In this document: positions 36,487 to 48,474 of the stretch, piece by piece | Layout: every line of letters begins with the position of its first letter | Position numbering within the stretch: position 1 is the stretch's first letter | Source of the DNA: Lama guanicoe | Taxonomy: Eukaryota | Assembly: GCA_013239625.1 (NCBI GenBank) | Contig: MU054187.1 | Span: 6,831,757 to 6,895,756, forward strand | Length of the DNA stretch: 64,000 bases | Reading direction: 5' to 3' | Program-made: the position numbers and the translations under genes | Notes under the pieces: generated by a model | Databases searched by the model: none | Told to the model about the DNA's origin: nothing | What the model saw: only the letters and a program-made list of their open reading frames with translations

Positions 36487-37054
36487 CTAGAGGAATGTAG
36501 ATCCATGTCCTTTTCCCTTATTTGTGCTCTTACTGTCATTCATGTATTTTATTTCAATAAATACCACACACTACAGAAAAAAGATTATGATAGGACGTCT
36601 GAGTCACAATGTTAGGTATGTGATGGGGTAAGAACAGAAATGTCTGCAAAGGAGAAGGAGTCAAAATCTGAAGAGATGATAACAAGAGAATGGGGACCTT
36701 TCTTTTTTTGTGAGATGAGCTCTTGCAGTGTTGTCAAGACGAACTGGGGAATACAGGCATGGGAACTTTAGAGTTGGAAGAGCGAAAAATAATAGGTTAC
36801 TTAGAGTTTTGTACTAACATAGTGAATTGCAGATGAATTTTAGAAGGAGGAGGAAGATAGGACATTGAGGAAGAGGAAAAAGGAGAGAGAAGAGGAAAGA
36901 GATGAAGAGCAGCAGCAGTGGCAGTGACAACAAGAAAGGTCTGATAAGCTGAGTTCCTTGATTGCAGGGCCCTGGAGAAACTGAATACATAGTGGCCTCG
37001 AAGGCAGCAGACTGACTCGCACCATTAACACCGCAGCAGAAACTGACAGTTATA

Positions 37055-37250
37055 ATAATACGATGAGATAGGTACAATTATTATCCTTATTTTACTAAGT
37101 AAATACTTACTAAGTAAATATTTACTAAGTAAATATCCTTAGTTTACTAAGTAAACTTGCTCAAGCTAGTAAGTGCCAGAGCTGGGCTTTAAGACAAGGC
37201 AGTCATGTTCCAGAGCCCACTCTCTTACTACTGTGCTGTACTGCCTCTCA
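37055..37250 (-). mobile_element. MIR containing an internal tandem duplication
   Basis: ATGAGATAGGTACAATTATTATCCTTATTTTAC..AACTTGCTCAAG..GTGCCAGAGCTGGGCTTTAA..CCAGAGCCCACTCTCTT. Confidence 0.7.
37091..37155. repeat. Tandem repeat of the 15-mer TTTACTAAGTAAATA (3 full copies + 1 partial)
   Basis: Directly visible copies at 37091, 37106, 37121 and 37143. Confidence 0.95.
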
Positions 37251-38015
37251 TGCTAAATTAGAATATGGAGCAGTTTGTAAATGAAAGCCCTAATTAGTAT
37301 CCACTCAACTCACTGACCTCTGGCCAGCTGGGCAGGGTGGGGACACATCAGTGCATCTCATTTATAGGTACAGCCATCAGTGCTGATCAAATTCAATGGG
37401 AAAAAAAACAACAAAAAGAAACCTAAGAGGCATTTTTCACCTCATAAAAATAAATGCCTTGGATTTGTTTAGCAATATATGTCATTTTATTCAATTTTCA
37501 CAAACGTGCTGGCATCAGATAGGAATTATTATACTTGTTTTAAAGGTGAAAAATAAAAAATAAACAATTTTCAGTGAGGTTAGAATGTGCTCAGGGTTAT
37601 CATTTCTAAAAAGGAGACATTCTCAACAACAGATCTTTCATCAAATCATGTTCTTGTTCAATTATGCCATGTTAAAAATTAACACCAGTTGAAATAAAAT
37701 TAACAAGTATATATGGAATTTTCTACATTTGAGGTAAATAAAATGAGTTTAACTATGAAAGCCACTGAGAAGGGATCATGGAAGACTCTCTTTCCTGGGG
37801 TCACTCGCCCTGGTTGTCCACTTGGGGACAGTTGTCCTTCTTGGAGTAGTAGAGATGTGGGGTCACAGATTATTTCATTGGCTTTCTGCTTACCTAAACC
37901 TTTGATCTATAAAAGTAAAAATAAAAGGAAGTAGGGCTCCTTAGTTCTCTCAACCGCTCCTCTTTCTGTCAAAATCCTCTGGCTTTACTAGAAGAAATTC
38001 ACTATCCCGTGACTT

Positions 38016-38284
38016 CAGGACTGATACTCAAAATTGTGAGCAAGTGGTACGACTCAGGCACGCACCAACTACACAGAGGTTGGCTGTGGAGCCAGGAGTC
38101 GCTCCGTCTTTGTTGGCTCATGGTGGGTGCAGGAAGGGTCCCAGAGATCCAGGGAATGGATGGGTTGGAGGGAAGACTCCTTGAATGGCTTGCGACAGTG
38201 GCCACTTAATTACTGGAAAAAAATTTCGATATTTTAACACCAGTATGACCCTACCAGTAAGGACTAATTAAATATTAACCCTTG
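38016..38284. mobile_element. ORSL-like hAT-Tip100 DNA transposon
   Basis: Ends CAGGACTGATACTCAAAAT and AAATATTAACCCTTG form a degenerate TIR. Subterminal TTTCGATATTTTAACACCAGTATGACCCTACCAGT. Confidence 0.5.
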
Positions 38285-38331
38285 TTGGGTTCCTTGAGGG
38301 CAAAAATTATGTTCCAGGTTTTATTAAACAC

Positions 38332-38650
38332 CACAGGTTCACAAGCCTTTACCATACTGAAATCCAAAAAGCTATAAAAAGTGAAAACTGTCTCTGTAAC
38401 TCATTTGGCTGCAAAACCTTGTCTGTCTTGATGTGAGACCATTTATAAACTTCATTATTCCTGAGTGAATCGTCGTGATTTTCACTGCTGACACATTTCT
38501 GTGTTTGATTATAGGATACTGTTTAGGGCTCCCCTGGGAGAATTTTGTAACAGAAGATGCATGCACTGTTTTACTTTCCTAAAACTTGAAAAATTCTGCA
38601 TTCAGAAGCACATCTGCTCCTAAGAGTTTGAATAAAAGGCTTTGTGCAGA
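38332..38650 (-). mobile_element. MER46C-like Tigger-family DNA transposon
   Basis: CAGGTTCACAAGCCTTTA..GAAATCCAAAAAGCT at one end; CTAAAACTTGAAAAATTCTGCATTCAGAAGCACATCTG..TTTGAATAAAAGGCTTTGTG at the other. Confidence 0.65.
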
Positions 38651-38940
38651 TACCATCTAACATGATAACATGCTCTGGGACAGAGTGTCTTTCAACAGCA
38701 AATTCTACATTGTCAAATGAATGCGTCTATGTGGCTTTCAGAATTTTGCTTTGATGAGAAAAAGGGGTAAAGAGAGTAAAAAAAAAAAAAAAACCAAAAA
38801 ACCAGTTTCTGCTTATACTTAATTCTGTATACCTAAAATCAGAACCAGAGGTATATCATTGGATTTATATCACCCCTTGTTATCTCCACAAAGGGCAGGA
38901 CCAATCTCTCCCATATGAGCAATTTACAAATGTAAATCCT

Positions 38941-39128
38941 GGGGGGAGGGTATAGCTCAGTGGTAGAGTGTGTTTAGCATGCACAAAGTCCTGGGTTGAC
39001 TCCTCAGGACCACCATTAATAAACAAACAAGAAAACAAACAAACAAACCTAAATACCTCCCACCCCCAGGGGAAGAAAAAACAACAAAAATTTTTTTGAA
39101 AAGAATGAAACAACCTAAAATTTAAAAA
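38941..39128 (+). mobile_element. tRNA-derived camelid-type SINE
   Basis: GGGGGGAGGGTATAGCTCAGTGGTAGAGTGTGTTTAGCATGCAC with an (AAAC)n region. Degenerate TSD AAATGTAAATCCT (38928-38940) / AAAAGTAGATCCT (39129-39141). Confidence 0.9.
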
Positions 39129-41899
39129 AAAAGTAGATCCTAAACAATAGGCCCATATGACTAAGTGAGCATTTACGTAATTTCTCGTCATATGTAGAAC
39201 CGCACATGTAGAAGATACTCAGTCCTGTAGTAATAACCTTAAATGGAAGATCAATATCAATTTAGGGAACAATGCACTTCACTTTGCCCAGAGGTGCTTC
39301 CAGTGTTCAAAAATACTCTGACAGTACGTTGTGGACAGTCAAATTGCCTTTTGTATGCTTTAAGTGATTACAGACACATAAAATGTTAGCCTTTAAAAGT
39401 ACCAGGAATTGTCTTAATGGAATAGTATGAAAGAAACATCATTACAGATTAAAGAAAGAGAGATGAGAAATCCCAGTATGCTAAAACAGATTCACACAAA
39501 TATTTCTGCAAGATGTATTAGCATGAGCCCACTGGAAACTCATCAGGTTCTATCAGTGAGACGTCGTCATCAAATCACAATCACGTGACTTGGACAGGAA
39601 ACAGCATAAAGGCCAGAACAATGGAAAGATGGGAAAGGCAAACGGGGGCAAACCCAGATGGCCTTAACATCTGAAGAGAGATTGCAAGCAGAATGAGGGG
39701 CAGAGGGATGAATGGATGAGGAGTGGGAGTGGGGTAGAGAAGGAACCCTGGGCAGTGAGAATGCAGATTGCAGACCTGAGCTTCTGTCTGGAGTACATGA
39801 AGGATGGATTGAAACGCAAAACCGAAGAGCCAGGCAGATCAGCTGGAAGACCATAGCAGTAAGTCCGGGCAGGCATGGTAAGAAACCGAACAAGAGAAGT
39901 GAAAAGTACGAGAAGGAAACAGAATACATTAATTTTTTTATGTTGCTCTTTCTACTTAGATCTTCAGAATCATGCCAATGGGTTAATAACTCTGCGCTGA
40001 TGGGCTAAAGGCTGATAGACTTTGGCTCTTTCAGTACGTTTCTGCCTTGTTCTGAAGAAGGAAAACTGAAGATGAATGAGCATACGCAGGGCAATGGTTA
40101 GAAACGTTCTGTGAATGTTTCATGAGGAACTGGAGACATATAGCTGTCCTTGCACAATTGTCATGATCTGATGTATTTTACCGTTGCTCTCTGTCATGTT
40201 TATGGGGAGGAGAGTTAGAGAAAGATGTGCAGGCCTGCCCTTGGTGAGGCCTGACTGGAGGAGCGGCGATGTTCCTTTTTTAATCAAAGCTCCATTATTC
40301 TTCATGATAAACTCAGAGAGTAATGGAAAATACATTGCAGAGGGGAGACTACAATTATATGAAGTCCCTTTTTGCTGTGCTGAAAACAAGTAAAAGATAA
40401 CATTTCATCGAAACCACTTGCACTATACCACAATCCATCAGGCTATTAAACATTTCTTAGAGGATACAATTTTAAGGTTATTAATCTATATAAAACCAAG
40501 TTTTTCAGCCTTGAGGAAAGCTGAGAAAATTTCCCAAGGGATTTCTACTCTTCTCTAAGCCTGAAGGAGAGAACCAATTCAGATTTTTATCAATAAACTT
40601 TTAAATAATATAATGCATATTGTTTTTTAAATGAAACATTCCCTCAATTAGTTTTCTTTATTTATTCCGTCCCTGCTGGGAAGTACTTGTTAGAGCTTTT
40701 GTGACTTGAGTAATTCAATGAAACACCAAGAACTGAGTAAATACCTGTCTATGTGTCCACTTAAAATGTCCCTTATTATCTGCTATAATATATTGATATG
40801 GAGAGGTGTTGCTCCATTACATTTTATAGTGAGTCTGATAAATGCATTAATTAGCTAAGTTATTTACTATTATTCATGATGTTAAAATGAACTTTTTCTT
40901 GATGTATATTTTGTCAAAAATGAGTTGCATATTAGATGATGGGGTGAGTTTATTGCTTGCAGTGTTATAGAAGCCAGCTTGTTTTGTGACTTCGGGCATT
41001 TCTCTTCACATAGAAGCATCAGTTTTTATATCAGTAAAATTAAGAACAAATAAGAGTGAAATCCACCCTCAAGGTATACAATATATATTTTCTGGGCAAA
41101 TTAATGTTTTTCCACCACAATAAAATATTAATAATAAAACCTACTGTTAGGAATACTTCTGCATTCATTTATGATATGTTAATAAATATGTTTTAAAGAG
41201 TAGAGTATCCTTTTATTAATTTTTCTGGGGCTTACACCCATAAACTGCCTATGTACTATTACTTTAACCCTCCAAGACGAAGACAATGAAGAAAACCTAA
41301 GGGCAGATATCACAGCAGTGATACCTTTCACAACCGAAAAATCCAGCATCACAGATGTATTTTTTTTTTCTAAGAAACTAACAAGTGACTCTGGAAATCA
41401 GGTACGTTTTTTGGTAAGGTTCCCTTTAGTGTCTATTACCAATTCCTCTGAGCCTTCTGATTCATAGATAAAAATGTGAACTCGAAATTTCACTGTCAAC
41501 GTTGAGTCATGAAGTTCTGATCACTGGGAAACACTGCTGGAGAAGCTGATCCAGGGAGAACTCAGAACCTCAGAAGCTGGGCTGTCATCTTTGTTGCAGT
41601 GCTGTTTCACTCATCTGGAGGTGATGGAAGTTAAGTCGCTGAAATGCCTCCTTAATATTTAGCCTTAATCTTTTGAGATGAAAGAAACGTGTGAGGTATG
41701 TGCATGAAGAAATCTACTGCGCTGAACTTGTTAGAGCAATTGCTGATTTGCTGAGCCTTCTCTGATAAGTCTTTTCTTAACTCTAATCTTCATCACCACT
41801 GGGATTTCTTTGAAAAATACAGAGTAGTAACTTCAGTTTGCCTACCCCTTCTTATCCCTTCAGAAGTTGCTGCGCCGTGTATATTGCCCTGTCCTGCCA

Positions 41900-42545
41900 G
41901 CCACCCTCATCTAAAAGATGTTTATTTGCCTTTACATATTTGAGGATCCCCCTTCACGCTCTCTAAAGCATGTTTGATTTTTCAGAACTTAAACATCTCT
42001 TTGGGGTCCCTGAATCTCACTACTTGTGGCTTTTTCAGACATCGTCTTTGTCCACAGATTAGTCTTCTCTCCTCCAGAATGCCACCTTTAATAACATCGT
42101 CCTTCCTCCAGTCATCTAGACTTCAAACTTCACAGTCATCTTTGGCTCATCTTATTCTTTCCTGTCTTTTATCTGCTTCATTTCCAAAATCTAATTTTCT
42201 AAGCTTGTCATTTCCCATGTATAATTATTATGTAGCTTCCCTCACTGTATCATTCTTTTAATTGTTCAAGTATTTCCCGCTCCAATCCATCCAGCATGTT
42301 AAAGCCAGTCTTTATTAAATATTGCTTTAATAATACCCATTTTCTGTTCAAAAGTTTCCAGTGTTTTCATTTTTCCTGACGTAATTAAGATGAACCAAGT
42401 TTTAGATACTGTGACCTTGCTGATCATGGCCTCACTTTGTGTTTCCGTCTTATTTCTCACTTATTCAGACTAGAACTTCTAATTTCAGTCAAGCTGGCCT
42501 CCTCGCTCTCCCAGGAACATGCTGAAAGCATTCTCCTGAGTCTTC
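41900..42545 (+). mobile_element. Decayed L2 fragment
   Basis: Pyrimidine-rich CATCGTCCTTCCTCCAGTCATCTAGACTTCAAACTT..AGCTTCCCTCACTG..CCAATCCATCC pattern. Confidence 0.5.
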
Positions 42546-42551
42546 AGTCAC

Positions 42552-43044
42552 TGTAATAGTTAGGGTCTCTGTATGACATGGGTGGCAAATTAAAACTGGA
42601 TGATTTGAGAGATTTTAATACAGGAATACTTAACAAAAGTATGAACAGAGAGGTAAGGAATTATCAAAGATAGTGCAATTCCCTAGGGCCAGTATGAGTA
42701 GGCATTATTATCATTTCTAGATCAAAAGGGATGAGAGAAGTAAATACTGGAAAGTTCAAGGGAAAATTCATGTTGGTGGGATGACTAGAGGGGTCCGTCC
42801 GGGGGTCGGTGGAGGATCATAGCCGGCCTGAGCCTGCCCCACAGGGAAGGAGCCAGACGAATCCACAGCCTAGCATCACCTTCCTCCCTTCTGATCTCAT
42901 CATGATGGAGGCTCCACGTGGCAAGCCTGCCAAGCACTGATGGTAAAGGAACATGCTAATGTTGCCTAAAAAGGTCGGCACACAGAGGGGTGTGAAGGAG
43001 GAGTAAGAGTAACTTGGTAACAAAAATGGAAGATATCCAGCATG
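42552..43044 (-). mobile_element. LTR33-like ERVL solo LTR
   Basis: Termini TGTAATAGTTAGGGTC and AAATGGAAGATATCCAGCA. Internal TTCCTCCCTTCTGATCTC. Confidence 0.65.
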
Positions 43045-43109
43045 TTTATTTTATTTTCCTTGTAATTGTTTTTGCCTTTGTACTTTCCTGCTTCCTGCCT
43101 ACTTCATTT

Positions 43110-43605
43110 TTATTTTTTATATTTTCATATAATGAATACACTCTTATTGGTGTATGGTTTTATGAGTTTTGACAAGTGCATACATAGAGTTGTGCAGCTC
43201 CTACCACAATCGAGTTACAGACCCTTCCGTTGCTCCCCCAAATCTCCTCCTGCAGTCCCTCTGTAGTCAGCCCTTCTCCTGGTCTCCTAACCTGCCACCA
43301 ATGATACGTTCTCCTTTCCTGCAGTTTTATCTCTTCCAGAGTATCATATAAATGGAATCCTACAGTAGGTAGCCTTTTCAATCTGCCTTCTTTTACTTAT
43401 CAAAGCCTTTTTGAGATTCATGCGTGGTGTTGTGTGTATCAATAGTTCTTTTGTTTTAAATTGCTGAGAAGTATTTCATTGTATTAATGTACCACCGTGT
43501 TAAAGAATCCATTCACCAGTTGAAAGACATGAGGGGAATTTCCAGTGCAGAATGATTGTGAGTAAGTGGTTGTAAAGTTTCATATACAGGTTTTTTGTGA
43601 ATCAC
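43110..43605 (-). mobile_element. L1MB-type 3' end
   Basis: ATGAGTTTTGACAAGTGCATACA, TCATATAAATGGAATCCTACAGTAGGTAGCCTTTT, TTTTGAGATTCATGCGTG and CCATTCACCAGTTGAAAGACAT. Confidence 0.85.
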
Positions 43606-43609
43606 AGAT

Positions 43610-45050
43610 ATTGATAAAACGTTACAAATAAATCATTAGTAAAATAGAATCCAACGATATCATAAAAATGATGCATCGAAGTAAGTAGAGTTTATTCCAG
43701 GAAAATGGAGACAAATCAACACCCACATCTTAATTGACAAGGAAACATCTTTTTCATTCTCACTAAGAACATTAATAAGGCAAGAATTATTGTACTGTCC
43801 ACTACTGCTATTAATTTATTATGTTGAGGAAATTAGCCAATTCCTCAGAGATGTAACAATAATAATTTGAGATGTAACAATTAAAAGAAAGGAAGAAAAT
43901 TATTTTTATTTGTAGACTTTATGATAGCATACCTAGAAAACCAAAGGCAATCAGTAAAAAAAATTAATGTAAACAATAAGAATTAGTAATTTAGCAGGTT
44001 ATAAAAACACACACAAACACAAAATCAACAGCCTTTTTATCAACCAAAAGCAACAATGTATAAAATATGTTGGAAGACAAAAACCACAGCAACAAATACC
44101 CAGAAATATTGTTAACAAGTCATGTGCAAAATCTAATTGAGGAAAAAACTAAAATACCACTAAAAAGCAGAGAAAGGTAGGCTCAAAGGAATGGACAGAC
44201 TTCTATGGTTTTGAATAGAACAACTCAATCAAAAGGTGTCAATGCTTCCAAAGTTAATGTATAAATTTAATGTGATAACAGAATCCAGAAGGCTTAATTT
44301 TATTTTCTTGGTCTGGAGCTGTACAAGCTAATTCTAAAATTAATGAAATTAAACAATAAATAAATCATAACTGTCTGAAAACCCTGAAAACTAGAATAAT
44401 TGAGTTGCAAGAGGCTAGCCATTTAAAAATTTAAAATTTGAAAATAGAATGTCTCTGTAATTAAAAGAACTCATAAATAGACTGATACACCAATAAAACA
44501 GAATGGAGTCTGAAAGCAAATAAAATATATGTGGAAAACTTTTACATGATAAAGGTGCGATCTCAGGTGCCTCAGAAGAAGATGGAATTTTTAATCATTG
44601 GTTTGAAGCGTCTAATTAGCCATTTAGAACAAGGTGACTTAAAAATTATACCTCGCACAACCCACTTCAACAAACTGAAAATGGTTGGAGGTGTAAATGT
44701 AAAAATTAAATCGTTCAAGCACGAAGGGAAAATGAGCATCTTACTGTATCACATGAAGGGGAGAATGTTTTTCCAACTAAGAGTCAAAATCCAGTAAGAG
44801 GAAAATGATTACATAAGCTACATACAATTTTATTTTTAAATATCGTGCCAGAACAATACACCGCAAGCGATGTAAAAAGACAGATGACAAACTGGGAGAA
44901 AATAACTTACAGCTAATATCACGGATGGAGATGTCAGTTCTGTCATGTGTTAACAGGCCTGAAAAATCAAGGAAAGAAGTGACTTCCAGAACGGTGACAA
45001 GGAGCTCCACTGACCGGTTCCCCAGCGACAGTCGAAACTGGTGAATATTA
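43610..45050 (+). mobile_element. Old L1M ORF2 fragment
   Basis: AATAGAATCCAAC, GAGTTTATTCCAGGAA, ATACCTAGAAAACC, ATAAATTTAATGTGAT and AAAGACAGATGACAAACTGGGAGAAAATA. Confidence 0.8.
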
Positions 45051-45139
45051 GTTTTTTAAAAATGTGAAGTCTCTGGAAAGTGTGCTAAGGTTATACCAAA
45101 GATGAAGAAACTTTTTTTTCTCTCTCAAAAAAATCTCCT

Positions 45140-45620
45140 AAATCTTGGTCCGAACAGAGTCGGCATCTCTCTACCGTGACCTGCTCCCTCTGTCCACACT
45201 CAGCTCTCCAGGAACCACTCCTCAGGTGGATCGGGTCGGGAAATAGGCTCCCCCTCCTCGCAGGACTTGGTCCAGGGCTGTGGCATCTTTCCCAGAGGAA
45301 CAGGCTGCCAGGATTTCTAACTGTCTCCCAGTTTCTTGTTGCAGAGGCTAAATTCCAAGTGAGCCTAAGCTGTTGGGGCTCTTCCTCCGCCCAGCCCCAC
45401 TTACAGGCCAGAGCCTCTCCTCGAGGCCTGGCAGGTCCTAATCGCCTTCCCCCTAGATCGCTTATTCCTGGGGGCTCAAAGCTGAGAGACACGACTTGAG
45501 CTGACTCGAGTCTGCTGCCTTGCCAGCATCCTCCTCATAAATCACGAGCGCCATTCTGAAAGAAGGGGACCACGCCCCCGTTCCCAGCTCAAGAACAGTG
45601 CCTCAGAGATGTTGCTCACA
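45140..45620. promoter_or_regulatory. GC/CpG-richer unique segment with SP/KLF boxes (candidate cis-regulatory element)
   Basis: CTCCGCCCAGCCCC (~45385), GACCACGCCCCCG (~45568) and several CpGs, in contrast to the AT-rich flanks. Confidence 0.35.
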
Positions 45621-45999
45621 GAGAGAGGCAGGTCAGAGCTCTGAAGCTTTTCCCCCCATCTCTGACTTTATTTGGAACTGAATGTGAGTATGTTCAAGCC
45701 TGAGGTTGCTTTCAAAAACAGTGGAGGTTTGGTACCTCCTTAAAATCAGCAGGTTAAATTGAAGGCCAGCTACTTTAGCAGAGAAAGGGGGAAAAAAAAA
45801 GAGTCTGCCAGGAGTCAGAATGAACCTCAAATAGGGACTTCAAAAATTTATGCCCCGAGCCATTATTGCAAACAATAGAATGATTAGTCGACTTAGTGTA
45901 ACCCAAAAGCTACAGATGATACAATCAGAGGTAGACCGCTTAGCAGATTGATGAAAGAGAGACAGTCGAAGAGAACCCTGGTAATACAGATGACTGTGT

Positions 46000-46260
46000 G
46001 CACGCCCCAGGCTGCAGCCTCTGGGGAGCAACAACAGGGGTTTTTAAAAGTAAGCTAAGCAGGAGTCTGGTGTTGGGTGACAGTTTCGAGGAAGAGGCCC
46101 AGAGGGTCCGCAGACATTGGCCCTGGCCTCACGGCACTGTCGGAACAAAGCCAGCCGGCGCTTACATGCAGACTTCTTGGTATGTGAGAAAAATAAATCC
46201 CAACTCGAGTATGCTTTTTTCAACCAGACTTCGTGCAACTTGCTGCTTTCCAAACACAGA
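46000..46260 (+). mobile_element. Possible old MLT1 (J/K-like) LTR 3' part
   Basis: CAGACTTCTTGGTATGTGAGAAAAATAAATCCC resembles the MLT1 polyA region. Confidence 0.45.
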
Positions 46261-48474
46261 GATCAAAAGCACAACATGTGGGGTTCTGTTTCTCCAAACT
46301 TCCCGGGACTCAGTAAGTCGTGTGCTAATGGAGGGGAAGGTGGGAGTGGAATTTGTTTAAACGTTTACATACCTGGACTCTGTCCGAGGACATTCTGATT
46401 CATTGGTCCTGGACAAGGTCCAGAAACCTGTATTTTTAATATGCATTCCAGAGATATTTTTGTTTTAGGAAAGCGACATGTAGGTTTCAGTGTTTAGATT
46501 CAAATGTTATGATAATTTACTTTATGTTAGTGTAATTCTTGTCTTCTAAACTCGTTAGCTTTCACTAGCTTCATCTACGTTGAGAAGACTGTTGCTTTTT
46601 CTGGGAGGTAGCTGTGTGGAATTTCAGAAACGATGTCTATATAAAAAGATAAATAATTTAAATAATGTATTCATTCTGTTGGAGGGTGGAGGTAAATGAA
46701 AAGTGCCTACCTGACAGAGAAGGTATCTTGAGGCTGAAAAACGAGGCTGGCGGCTCCATGTAATCAATGGATCAGTTTATTTTAGGGTAACTTACTCACA
46801 GGGTGAGACCAGGATCCGATGTGGCGGATGACCATCCAGAAGCATACGCAGCTGCGCTCTGCACCGCTAAGGGGCCACTGGAACAATTTTATAGTTAACT
46901 TAGGGTATGGGGGTGGTCTGTGCTTGCAAACAGGATGTACATTCCTAAGTCAAGATTTATGAATGGGTAACTAGTCTTACGGGCACTGGGAATATGACAG
47001 CGAAACTCTTCATTATTGTTTGGGGACCAACAGAACATAGAAGCCACCTGTCCTAATGATTATTAAAAAATACCTATTAACCACAAAGCCCCTGATGACA
47101 GAGAAGTGACTTACCTCACAGTACAGTCCTGGGTAGGGTCAGCAAAAGGACAAGAGGAACTGTACGAACCCAAGAAGGTGTCAGCTATGCTGATAGCCGT
47201 ACAACTTAACCAGATTTCGAAGGAAATTTGTAGTACAGAAAAAATGAATTCCTTGTGCTCACATTCTGCAATGAGCGCTCTAGATGGAAGGCTATTCAGC
47301 TCAGCAGCATAATAAAGGAACGGTGCCTTAGTCTTGGATGACTTGTGGACACACAGTTAAGTTGTCAGTTCCACTCCCTGCTCCTGCCTGTCAATCTACT
47401 CCTTCTGGTCTGCACCTCCTCTTTTGTCTATTTGAGGTAAGTAAGGATTAGCAAATATTCTTTTACTGTCTTCAGCAGTGGTTTTTGAATTCTCTGGTAC
47501 CTCCCTGGCCTGTTGATTGCAACAAAACACCTTTCACTCTCAAGAGCTTGAAGCCCAAGCCTTTCATTTAAAGAATTTTTGACATTACTTGTTTCTGGAA
47601 CCCAGCAAGAAATAGCACATAGAACAATAATTTCTTGGATGAAACATCAGTTCACTTTGAACTCTTCCAGCTTAAACAGCCAAAGGACATAATTCTGAAC
47701 TCAGGAACTACTGAGTTCCAGTTTTTAAATTTTTGACCACTACATTATTAAATAAGTCACTTTTAATCTATTTTCCTCTATTCAGAATAATGAGGGTAAT
47801 GTCACATATTTCAAAGGCATGGCAGTGGAATATCAGTGGATAATTTGGGACTGGAAACCACAGAATGCTGAGTGTTATTTTAGCTGCTGTGCCTCAGAGG
47901 CCATCTGTCAGCGTTCCTTGGTGTTGCACATGGGGTCAGGGGGTCCTGTGAAGCTAGCCATCCCATTTAGCTTCTTCATGACTCATTGATCTAAGCTCTT
48001 AGACACTGCTTGAACTTCACGTGTCTTCGAGAGTTGTTAGAGCTGGTAGCAGACTGCTCACTGGGGACAACTTGGAATGCCCCAAAGCAGTATTGATGAT
48101 AGCTTGAACTGGGTATGTAAGAGAGTCTGAAAGGTGAAAAATTATAGGCCTATAAGGAATATTCCCGCCAATGCTTCCAATTTTGCTCTAGGGTAGATTT
48201 TCTCTAAAAATATGTTATCTGAGTGACTTAAAAATTCCAGTAGCAATAACTCATCTGGCTGTGTGTGACAGTGGGTTTTCAGCATCTCCAAGTTTTAAGG
48301 TGAAGATTCTGCAAAGCAGTGGAAATCTAAAATCTGGCACATACCCCAGACTCACGCTGCTCCTGGGCTCTGAATCATAAATGTTCCTTCTCCAATATTC
48401 AGTCCAGCTCCACCTCCAGCAGGAGTGAGCACCTTTGTCATAAAGCCGAGAACAGGAAGATTTTGGAGACATTT

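Noticed and set aside
37091..37155. CRISPR-like array of palindromic repeats
   Set aside because: The units are directly adjacent without unique spacers, there are no cas genes, and the context is mammalian.
45091..45499. 133-aa and 107-aa ORFs on opposite strands
   Set aside because: GC-richer sequence lowers stop frequency. The starts are non-ATG and there is no recognisable protein.
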